This document shows positions 35,299 through 46,473 of a DNA stretch of 64,000 nt, piece after piece; position 1 is the first letter of the stretch, and each line of letters starts with the position of its first letter. The notes under the pieces are model-generated. The model did not search any database and was not told where the DNA came from. It saw only the letters and a program-made list of their open reading frames with translations. The translations under genes were made by a program, and so were the position numbers. The DNA comes from Rhizodiscina lignyota (lineage: Eukaryota), in assembly GCA_010015805.1 (NCBI GenBank), contig ML978127.1:806001-870000 (forward strand), in the 5' to 3' direction.

Positions 35299-38263
35299 TC
35301 ATCCGACTCGAATTACGACTCCAACTCCAGCTGCCCTCGCCTCCCTCACACAGCAGGCAAGGCACGTCACTCCCACTCTGCCAAGAACTGCATGCTCTCC
35401 TTTCCATGCGCACCACGCTCTGGCGAGCAACTCAAGCTCTTCCGAGCCTCTAGTGTCAAGGACTAGAATTTCTTTCTCTTGCGTTGTGCTCCCACTCGGC
35501 CCGGCGTCGGAGACGACTGGGTGCTTGAAAGACTTCTTGATCAAGTCGCCAGCTTGCACGACGCGGTACGGCTGGCTGACATGTAGCGGGTGTGCTGACA
35601 CCTCTGTTTCCACAGACTCGTTCTCTGGCAGTAAATGCAATAGGCGTAGTTTCTCTGGTGTAGGCGGTGTGCACGGAACGGCTGAGATGAAGTAGACATC
35701 GTATTGCAGAGGTATGGTTGGGCTGCCAATTTCGCTGGATAATGACATCGACGAGAATGCCAGAAATGCTTTGTACGTTGCTGGAGGTGGGAAATCATCG
35801 TCCTGTGCATCTACATCTTCTTGCTGGAGAACAACAGGATCAGGTTGGCGTTGGAGGCGTAGGCCATCGAACCAGAGCGTAGGCCTTGGTTTGTTGGGGG
35901 CGTCAACCGGTAGTGTGAAGTCGTCAGGTTTCAGCTCGGAGATCTGGTTGCCGGCTAGGACGTCTGAATCCCTCTCGATGCCTTCTTTTTGCTCGATTCT
36001 CACTGTCGTCTCTGTAGCCAGACCCACAATCCTGCCCGACGCTTCATCCGCAGCGACATCCAGCCAACCTTCACCAGTCCATTTGCCATTGACCGTAGGT
36101 ATCACGTACGTTCCGACCCATCCCCAGCCATCACTGCTGCCTTTTTTGCAGCTCAGAACACGGCCAACAACACAGCACCTGCTCCAATAGCTACGTTTCG
36201 CATAGACAAAGCCTCCATAGAGAGTTGCAGTAGCACCCAAACTGTCCATCGCGGCAGGACTGTTTTCGAGCAGCGCGGAGATCAAGTGGTGCTGCAAACT
36301 TTCTCCTGGTAAAATGAGACCTGTAAGGTAGGCCCGAGTGAGCCATCCAGTAGGCATTTGTTGCGGTTCTATATCCGGTACTCTTGGAGGGCTGCTTCTG
36401 TCAGACTTGTTGGTTAGTGCCGGCACCAACGGTGGTGTCAAGAAAAGTGCTGGTGATTGAAGCTGGAATGAGCGCTGAGTTGAGCAGCCACGGGAAAGTT
36501 GCGGCCGCAGCTGCGTACGAGATCGCGGAGGGGTGCTCGACCGTGGCTGCAAATTGAAGTAGTCAGTGTCTTGAGAAGGACTCCTTGCTCTTGGACATGC
36601 GAGGGGTGTAGCGTATATTGATGGCGACTTGAAGATACTAGGTCTCTTCGCTACAATAGGAGGGAACTTTGTCGTGAGAACGAATTCGAGAGCTTCTAAG
36701 TCGGACCATGCAATGGAACGAGCAAAGTGCTTCAAGCCGTCGAGCTGTTTCTCTTGGTTTCTCGGTAGCAAGAGAACATCCGGATACTCGTCAAACTCTG
36801 GTGTCCGAGGGGACTCCGTAGAAAATGGAGAGAAAAACCGGCGAAGCTGACGAGACGTTCGCCTCTCCTCTTTGCGCCTGGTGGTTTTCACCAGGACGTT
36901 GTCCAGGAACCGATGTGCCAGAATTAGATCCCACTTAGACTTGTTTGTTTGCAGGGAGCCAAAATTCTCCATATCTTGTTGCAACAGTTGGAGAGTATGG
37001 TAGAGATCCGCCTCATTCAGGTTGGATAGGGCATCCAGACGTACAAGCAGCTCGCAGGCAAGGGTTATCTGCAGAAGGAAAATCTCTCGCTCCGTGAGAA
37101 GTCTTCCACCGCTAGGTGTCGCAGGTTCGGACGAATGTACTTGCTCCCCCCACAACAATTGCCCCAGCTTTATACGCCACTCCACCTGACTGAAGTCGTA
37201 CCATATTCCCCTGATATTGAGAGTCTTTAGTAGAACCTCGATTTGGAGCTTAAGCTTGGCGGAGTCTTCCGCGCAGTCTTCCGCATCCGGAGTGATGAGA
37301 AGCATTTGGAAGAGGATCTCATGAAGTTCATCAGGTAGCTGCTTCTCGAGAATTTTGTTCGCTTTCTTCGACGTCCGACACTTCTGATACATCTCACTTA
37401 GCTCTGCAAGTCGATCAGAGACGAATGTAAGGTCCGGCTTCCGAATCCCAAGGCCCTCCGGATTTGACTGGAATAATGCTCTGTTCGCGTCATCCTCCTG
37501 GGACAAGTTGTCGTCAATGTCGGCGTTTTCGACGGAATTCAGGCTGTCAGACAGCGGTAGTTGTAAGAAATAACACAACCCTATAGACCCATTCTCTAGG
37601 CCTTGTGCGCAGAGCATACTGGGCAATTCCGTTACATTGATGTCGTAGCCCTTCTTGCTTCCGCAAGGACTAGTCTCTGTATCATCCACCATGAGGCTGC
37701 TTTGTTGTGTGCTCAAGGAGTAAGTCGGGTGCGCGATTGGCGTGCAATCTCGAGTGTCGTTGTCTGTAGGATCCGAATCCCATGGGAGGGAAACCTGTGC
37801 CTGTATTGTTCCATGAGCAGACACTGTGGAAAAGCGCGGCGCTCCAGCGAAGAGGTTTTGCATATCCTCATCTCCATATCTCTCGATTACATCTCCTGCT
37901 TCCATGTCCTCTGCGTCCACTTCGACCAAAGTATCTTCGCCTGGCGACGGGCTCTCAGCTTGTTTCGAAGAGGACTCATAGTCGTGGGTAGGCTTAGGTA
38001 CGGGAGTTGGGGATTTCTGTGGTGATATGGTATCTCTCCGATCAACTGACGTCGACTCGGTCTGTCGGACAGTAAGCTTAGGACATCTATGACTGTCGAG
38101 GTCCAAAGGAACTTGCAAGCTTGAGTTCGGCTAGCTGTCTCTCCGTAGCCTTTGCCGGGCCAAATAAATCACGCAGACTCTTACGCCTGGATTTCTTGTC
38201 TCCCACTCTGCCCTTGGTGCCATCATCGCGAGTTTTGGTTCGCCTTCGCCACAGAAGCGGCAT
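35299..38263 (-). CDS. Large conserved-looking hypothetical protein (about 969 aa), first intron probably GC-AG
   Basis: Exon 1 MPLLWRRRTK... (38263-38117) joins the 939-codon ORF in frame through intron 38116-38062. Ordered C-terminal region with GLILPGESLQHHLISALLEN, YWSRCCVVGRVL and LARAWCA...TCLACCVREA. Confidence 0.78.
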
Positions 38264-40747
38264 GTTGATAGATGTTCTGGCGTGTCGGGGAGGTTTGGGG
38301 AAGCATCCTGCAAATGTGCAAATCAAAGGAAGCACGTTGCATAGATGGCACACAAAAGGCGCGTAAAACAGGGCAAACAACCATGCTCTCGATAAGGGAG
38401 GCGATGCACGGACTTGGGAAATGAGCAGCGTTGGGATGAACTGTCTGTGGCGTGTGTGGCACAAAGGCACGTCATGCCACAGGGCTGAAGATCGTGATTG
38501 TCGCGTCGCCTGCGACGCGCGAGTCACGCATCGACATTGCGGTGCTCATCAACATCAAATCATCGATATTTGCGTGCACGGCTTATCTTTCTTCCTTGCC
38601 CTGGTAAACCCCATGCTTATTGTTTTAAAGGTCCTACAAACCTTGAATGGGAGCTGACAATTTACTCTATTCTGGCATTGTTGTTAAATTTAGGTCAGGG
38701 ATCTGCATGTATTGGCGCAAGCTAACCGATGAAACGTAGAACGCACTTGCATGGAAGCAAGATTGGTAGAGGATTCAATCCATGCCCTATGTGTAAATGA
38801 GTCTTGGGCTCATAACGAGACCAGTTATCGTACAGTGAGCCTAGCTTGGAAAACTTGACCATGAATGGTCACAGCGCGGAATATCTAACGAACCACTGGT
38901 TATCAGCATGCCAATGAATGACGTTTCACATCGTACCGTGCCTTGGAAACTTTGTCAAATAGCTCAAGTTCAGTGTAGAAGTTACTGATTAGTAGTACGT
39001 GAAGGTGCAATCCATCAACGGAATCCTGTTTGAGGCCACAGCAGATAGTAAGTGGACCAGAAGTGATAGGGAGCCCTTCTATGTTCCTGATGGCATTAAA
39101 CGTACTGGGATACAGACATGTGAAACGAATACTGGTCGATTTGTATTCAGGATAGAGAGCAGTGGTTATTCATCCTTAGTGTGAGGTGAACCCGATGGAT
39201 GGATGCCCAATGCCGATCGTTTACATCGGATTGAAACGCGCTCCACGGACACTCAGTACGAACGGTAGCCGCAGATACATACTATATATAATTTTATCCA
39301 TGGAGAATACTCCTCCGAGAGGTGGGTCGCGCTCGGTGCTATTGGATGGCCGTCTCCGCGGTCGCATGCCAATACTTGTCACCTTATGTGCTGGGATCTA
39401 GAACAGCTGAAACCTGTGTTAGAGACTCCCAACCATTGCGTTAATGAAGAAAGGCTTAAATTTCTTACGTAGAAGCCTCGTTCACTCTCCTATATGCAAC
39501 ACCAATCACTTTTGACCGAAGCTTGGGCTTCCTACGGTTCGCGAAAGGTCGTGGAGACTTAAGACTGCAGAAGGCCCTTTTTCCCTTCTCCGGCGTGAAT
39601 AAGGTGATGCCGAGCTTAAGTGGACTGAAGACGAGCGAGATATCGGAAGAGACTTGTATGCTCCAGAGTGGTAGAAAATTTAGACGTAACTAAGCTGGGG
39701 AAGAGCGAAGACATCTTGACCCGCCCCAAAATGGCACGCATGGTCCTGGGAAATCCATCTTCTCCATGACCTGGCTGGGAACGGAGGTGTATTCCTGCAA
39801 TAGCCCGAAAAGTTGTGTTACACGAGCTGTGGCTTGTCAATGGCTACATCGGCGAAGACGGAGCGGCTCGCAGTAATGAGTACTTCCCCTCAGAAGCTCG
39901 GGGATGAGCTTGACACTCCGTTGAGACAGCCGTGATGAGCGCCGCCGACTCGTCGAACAGTGAATACAGAAACATGGCAGGAAGACGAAGAGGCAAAGTA
40001 CTTGGTGGAGTAGGGGAGCACAGTCCTGGAATACGCTAAGTAATCCTCCGAGACAGGGCCGCAGCCCGTGCGCATGGACGACGACTTCTGATCAAGATTG
40101 TCTCCATTTGCTTTACCTACGTACACTCGTCAACTCTCGGCATGCTCATGACTACCATACAGACGGAATAGAGAGAACCTCCTAGTCAGTGGACCTGTTC
40201 CCATAGCACAGTGGATGGGACAAGTGAGGCAAACGATGAACTTCCTCAGCATGAAGGCCATCTAGCAGTCTGCCGCCGCAAATGCATATCATGACAACAG
40301 GCCTCCGAAGCAGGAACCTCTGCCTTTGTAACCTGAATGTGCTGCTCTTCAAGTCCGCCAGTGCGTACATCATAGGAAACATGATCAGTCTCGCCAGGAT
40401 CGGCCACAGCCGAGCCCTCAAGACGAGTACGACACAGACCGCCCACATGGTTTTAGCCACTCTCCGATGGGTCTAATTACTGAAATAGAATGCATTCTCA
40501 GGTGAACATGACATTCGAACGCCACATCTCAGGATACCCATCCCATACGTTGGCTCGAAGCTCTCTCCGTCGCTCTCTCCACTGACATATTGAAGTGACT
40601 GTACTGGAAGATTGAAAGCCCATTGTTGACCGCAAAAAACTCGTGCTGTGCATCCGTCATTTCATCATACTTCAGTCGATTTCGTGTCTCGCTAGTTTCG
40701 TCTCTTCGCCCTACCCTCTCAAGTTCGGGTGGTCAGCCCATGAGCCT

Positions 40748-41215
40748 CTACGCCTTTGAGCTTTTGTCATATTTCGGAAGAGGTGGGGAGCTGCTTAGCG
40801 GGCTTCCTTTGTGAGGTGCTGGAGGGCCATGAGGCTGGGTCCGCGATGTCGGGTTATCTCCGATGCGAAACACTGGTGGGAAGGCGATGGTTGGCAAGCC
40901 TGCCCCGATGAAGGCCAGATTAATGTTGTCCTGGGTAATTTTGGCAGGAACGTGGTCAACTTCATTGTCGTGACCCCAAAGACGAGGGGTACTGGCAGGA
41001 GGCGACGTTGTCGACTCCTGATCTCCGCTGGGAGGCTGTGATCCGCTCTGAGGGGATGTCGCGTTTGACAGTGACAGTTGCGAGCCCCCGCGCATACTTC
41101 CACCAGCAACGGCAGCTGATGATGAGACGGTTCTCGTGGCGGTGTCGGTGGACGGATCTTGGTTCGCTTCCAGCCCCATCAAGGGAGGCGACTTCCTGGA
41201 ACTTCTCTCTGACAT
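40748..41215 (-). CDS. Possible short orphan protein (155 aa, Ser/Pro-rich)
   Basis: Open frame from ATG 41215. Low complexity with no recognisable motif. A candidate upstream intron lies at 41580-41533. Confidence 0.25.
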   Translation of the reverse strand: MSERSSRKSPPLMGLEANQDPSTDTATRTVSSSAAVAGGSMRGGSQLSLSNATSPQSGSQPPSGDQESTTSPPASTPRLWGHDNEVDHVPAKITQDNINLAFIGAGLPTIAFPPVFRIGDNPTSRTQPHGPPAPHKGSPLSSSPPLPKYDKSSKA

Positions 41216-42336
41216 TGCGCAGATTCGACTTGAGGTTCTCGTCAACTCTGTCTGTGTTCTCGGTGCTCAGAGCGTATGAGATGGCAGAGGCCTTCAGATC
41301 TGTACTCTCTCGCGTCTGCTTTCCGCGATATGCGCTACATAGGCGCAGTGACGGTGACGGATTGGGCCGATATACTCAGGACGCAATATCCTGGTCCGTT
41401 GTCGTGTCACATACTATAGACACTTCCATCGGGTTGTGCCTTATTATTCAGGCAGGCTTGACGAATCAGGACGTTTGGAGCTGGCCGGCGTGCATCACTA
41501 GGTCGGGTTGGACGACTGCCCGATTGCGCTGACTGGTATCTTCCGGACGTTAGCATAGCCCTGAGACACTTCAGATGTACAGGACTCATCTTTTTCACCG
41601 TCCTGCCAGCAGAGACATGCTGTTCAACCCGGATCGGAGGACCAGATCGGGATGAACCCTATCTGCAGCATGAATATGCCCGGAGCATTTTACATGTAAT
41701 ACAAGAAACGGGTTTTAGGGCACCCAATCGGCCAAATTCCAGGCGCAACGGCGTTTCACAGCTTAAGCGCAAGGTTGAACGGCATTTTGGGGCTGCGAGC
41801 AGACTATATACAGCGAGGAACTATGCCAGCCTCCTTCTAATCAGCACACCATACTCCGTACTCCGTAACAAATCGAGATTTCTATGGCGATCCTGCAGAA
41901 CATATCAAGCGCGGCTTAGAGCGGGCATCGAGGCGCTCAAAAGAAAGGTCAGCCGTTCAGCTCTACGATCAGATGCATGCTAAAACGCGTTGAGTTCCCG
42001 ATCCGGAAGTGGCTTTTCTGTAATGGTGTGCAGCCAGGAATCAGCAATTTAGCCATCTCGCATCACGGCGCGGCACGCACAGTTCGCAGCCGAGCCGTGA
42101 GATCTAGACATTACATTCGCGCGAAATATGCATTCATCTGTTCTTGGAGATAGATGTGGCTCAAAGCGGGAATCTCACCCGCGATAATGCAATACTGCCA
42201 TCGCGTGCGCCACGGCGCTTCGTCGCGGGTGCGGCGGATGTGTACCCCATTTCATATGTGACTTCATCCAGTCAATGTCCCGAGCGCCAATGCCCAACCA
42301 TTCCGAAAATCATTTACACATTCATCCGTGGTCTTC

Positions 42337-43338
42337 TCAAGGACCCTGTTCAGGTTTTCTCCCGTAGCAGACGTAATATGGAACATACGCGTGCATTTTG
42401 CCCGATATCAACTCCTTCCTCATCCGATAAAGCAGTATCTCCAATCCTTCTCTCGACTTGCCCATCTCTTTCGTGTAGCCTTTCACCAGGAAGCCTTGTG
42501 CCCCTTGCAACACGTTCATCAACTCGAATGCCCCGATTTTTTTCAACCGCTTATCTTTCGCCCAGGGAGAACAGGGTATATAGAATATGCGTTCTGTCAC
42601 ATCTACAAATCCTGCCTCTTCAAACCAGCCTTTCCACTTCTTGGCCGCGTCGGGTTCTGCATCAATCAATTTGGCAATCTCCTGAAATGAAGATGCCATC
42701 TCCATATATGCAGAATCTTCCGGGATCGTGTCGTCGTCGCATGCCGGGACCGGATATACAGCAGCAAATTCGAGATAGCCTCCAGGCCGTACCGCACTAA
42801 AGGACTGCCGTATGAGCCGCGGCCAGTCTCGAACTGCCTGGCAAAAGTCTCTGTTATGAACAAGGTCGAAAGTATTATCGTGAAATGTCCAGTCTTCTTC
42901 CGCATCATCAATTTGGAATGTACAATTTGGCGGAACCCAGGACGGCTGTATCGGGGCAATATCTGTGCCAATTACGTTTGCGGATGGATATTTATCGGCA
43001 ACTTCGATCGCCCAGATTCCTGTTCCCGTACCTAAGTCCAGGATGTTCTGCGGATGATCGCCAATCGGCGCAAGGAATAGCTCGTCGTTCTGCACCATCG
43101 TATACTTGTAGTGATTGAGGTCTAACCGATCCAGTTCGTCATCATCCACAGGCATGTAATACGGGTTCTTTCCGTAGGTGGCCCATAACCGACCATGCTC
43201 TTCTTTCAACCTCTTCACCTCGGACGGGACGCTGGACAATAGACTTGATGCTGATGACTCCGCATACCCTTCGTCTTGGGGAGAATCCGGCTCGATGATA
43301 TTTTGCCCAGTCTCTTCTGCACCATCCACCTCTGCCAT
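42337..43338 (-). CDS. SAM-dependent methyltransferase, LaeA-like/TAM-domain family, intronless
   Basis: EEHGRLW, YYMPVDDDELDRLDLNH, LFLAPI, ILDLGTGTGIWAIEVAD, DIAPIQPSWVPPNCTFQIDDAE, RPGGYLE, GRKP. Confidence 0.93.
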   Translation of the reverse strand: MAEVDGAEETGQNIIEPDSPQDEGYAESSASSLLSSVPSEVKRLKEEHGRLWATYGKNPYYMPVDDDELDRLDLNHYKYTMVQNDELFLAPIGDHPQNILDLGTGTGIWAIEVADKYPSANVIGTDIAPIQPSWVPPNCTFQIDDAEEDWTFHDNTFDLVHNRDFCQAVRDWPRLIRQSFSAVRPGGYLEFAAVYPVPACDDDTIPEDSAYMEMASSFQEIAKLIDAEPDAAKKWKGWFEEAGFVDVTERIFYIPCSPWAKDKRLKKIGAFELMNVLQGAQGFLVKGYTKEMGKSREGLEILLYRMRKELISGKMHAYVPYYVCYGRKPEQGP

Positions 43339-44880
43339 GAGAACCGCAGTTTGTGGTCTAATAGCCACGTGGGAATGCAAGGAAAAATAAATGCGATATC
43401 CTGGGCCTAGCCCTAAATTTGTAGCTGACGGATGCTAGGTTTCGATGAAACCGAGTCGCTTAAGTGGAGGTGCACCGGTTGATCGGTGCGCGAGCGCGAA
43501 AGAGATATCGCTGCAGAATCGTGAAGATAGTAATAGGGAGACTTTCCGTCGGAGTCTTCGTTTCGCGTGAGACCAACGTCGTTTTGAATAGACAGAGGCC
43601 TTAAAATCAGGTGTTGAAAGTTGAAGTCCACGCCCGATTCGACAGTGCCGGGCACAGTTCCGCTGAGCTCGCTAGGCAAACATCCAAGAAACATAGGGCA
43701 ACTCTTTTCCCGCTGTCCCAGAGTCTCAGAATGGAGTCGGGAATGCGCTTTGAGTTCCAGATGAACGGTATTCGGTTGCAAAAAGCACCACGGCCAATTC
43801 ACGACCAAGAAACGCCCAGAATCGCTGAAATGCAAGCTGTGGGGAAAGGGATTGGCGGGAAGCGAGAATAAGCCACGAAAGGAGAAAATGGCAAAAGAGA
43901 GCGAGAGAGGCGAGGTAGGCTTTTCTGCACGCCATCATTATAACTTCTAACCATAAATCCTTCGCTTCCCCCCTTACCGACCCTCTGGATCTCATCCACG
44001 CCGCATTGCCAGAATCTCTTACGCACAAAAGCCCAACCTTTGCGATGCTTCGGAATGGGCGACACGAGGACCCGAGGATCCATACATCCCGCTCTACTTC
44101 TGCCCTCTGAAACTCAAACCAGATCCCCAGGCACCGCAGCACCCAGTAGGATGCAAGCAGCCATAGATGATCCGCAGCAAATCTTGAAAATCATGTACAA
44201 TTTCGAAGCTCAATCGGCCTCTTTGATCTTCAGCGTGACACCGCGCATCCTACCTGGACCCCTGGGGCCAGCCCACGAGAGGATCTGGCGGACCGCACTC
44301 CCACCCGCGTTGCCCAGAAATATCCCGGTCAGAGCAAGATGCATGGAATGGAGTGGCCGACGCCTTGCCCCCGCTCCACCTTCCCGAATGTGCCCTCCAC
44401 GCATATAGCACGTGAACACTGAACAGAATCTCCTCCAGTCTGTCCCTCGCTAGCCAATGCGTGCTCTTGCGGGACGATCTTATCGCGGTCCACAGTTCGT
44501 CCAGAATCGCCTGTTGCATGGGCTTGCAGGAAGCAACCGGTCTGCCAAGCCAATGAAAGTATACAGTTCATATGCGGGACCGGAGGGTTTCGCACTCATT
44601 AGATCTCATATGTGCCTGAAATGAGATGCTTAGTCTGACGTTGGACGATAAATTCCTCCGTGTAGTACCATCATTTCGCTGGCGTGATTTCTTTAGAGAC
44701 ATTCCCTTCGTATCTGTGGCTGGGAAGAAAGTCATTCTCTCATTCCAATTCGTCGTCTCCATTTCCGTGCCCGCGGTCCGGGAAAAAGCAACAAGGTAAC
44801 TGCTCTGGGGACATCAGTTTTCTCATCTTTCAGTAGGGAAGTTTTGATATCGACATTTTAAGAGAAAGGCAACCGTAGAG

Positions 44881-46427
44881 ATGTCTAGTGATATAGACTT
44901 CCAGCACGTTGCGAACCTGGCTTCGGAGCTCAATGAGTTGGCTAAGGACAGCCAAGGTTTCTCAGATGGCTTCAGAACAACTCAGATGAGAGAAAAGGCG
45001 CGGCAAATTCTCAGCGCCACACGAGATCCCGAGGCACAAGCAGAAGAGTACTCGATATGGGTCTGTTCGCGAACCTATATGTCTTTCTCGGATATTACAA
45101 ACTGATAACGAGCCTCCAGATGGGTGAGATGGCCGCTGTGAGGCTATTTCATGAGATATACGCATTTCAGAAGATACCCAAAGAAGGCAGTATTACTTAC
45201 AAAGAGCTCGCGGAGAAAGTGGGTGCGGAGACACGGCTTATTGGTTAGTGCAGAGGTATTTGGACACTGTGAAGCTCCGAATTGACTAAAGGAATGCTAG
45301 AAAGAGTTGGCAACATGCTCGTTTCTGTGGGAATCTTGAGTCTTGAAGGCGATGATCAAGTCTCGCACACGCCACGGTCCCGAGTATATCTAGACATGCA
45401 CCCGACCGGGCTCATGGCATGTGCATTGTACGTTCGGAATATAAAGATAATGGCAGAATCCTAATGACATCTGCAGTTACGACGTGATGAACGTGGGTTC
45501 CTCACGCTGGCCCGACTACTTTGGCAAATACGGGTTAAAAGAGGCGGGAGAATCATTCACCACCTCGCCATTCTCTTTTGGTATGCATGCCTCGCCACGG
45601 TCGCGATATATTGCTAACATTCGAAAGCGTATGGACAGCCAGATAAGAACGTGTGGGCCATCATGTCTGAGAACAAACGCCGCATGGAAGAATTCAGCAT
45701 AGGAATGAATCTCTCGGAGAAGTTCTTGCCGTGCCTGGGCATGTATGATTTTTCTGGAATAGCGGAGTACGCAAAGAACGGACCAGATAAGGACAGGAAA
45801 CTGTTCGTAGACGTTGGATGCGCTAAAGGACACTCTTCGATTGATATTTTGACGGAGAATCCGGAAATACCTGCTGAGAGGTGTGTCCTCCAAGATAGAC
45901 CGGATGTGATTGAGCATGTGAAAGAGATGGATAATCCAGTTCTCAGACCTGCAGAAAAGCAGGTGATTGACTTCTTCAAAGGGCAGCCAGTCAAAGGTCT
46001 GTCGACGACGAGCAGAGTAGTTCAAGGCAGAGTACTGATTCGGCAACAGGAGCGCTGGTCTACTATATCCGGCGGTGCTTACACGACTGGTCTGACGATT
46101 TCAGTGTGACTATTCTCTTGCATCTAAGAGAAGCATGTGCAGCGGATTCACGAGTTCTCATTTGCGAGCAGCTCTTAGCTTCGCCACCAGTTCCTTCGCA
46201 AACAGCATTAGACCTTTGCGTGCGTAACAAGATTTCTCTGAATATAATTTTTGACTTATTACTGACCATGTCTTCAGATGATGGACATAGGAGGCTGTGA
46301 ACGAAACGAGAGCATGTTCAGAGAAGTCGCGAATCGAGCTGGACTCGAAGTCGTCGGGATCCACCGAGACAAGCAGACGCCAGTCGCCGTCATTGAGTGT
46401 GTCCGCAGCGATAGCGATTGCAGATGA
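44881..46427 (+). CDS. O-methyltransferase (Methyltransf_2 family with dimerisation domain), multi-exon
   Basis: ITYKELAEKVGA, VSHTPRS, LFVDVGCAKGH, VLQDRPDVI, DFFKGQPVKG, YYIRRCLHDWSD, RVLICE, GGCERNE. Stop TGA at 46425-46427. Confidence 0.9.
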
Positions 46428-46473
46428 CTTATTTCGTGCTTTTCGTATATTCCGTCTGCTGGTCATGATGACT

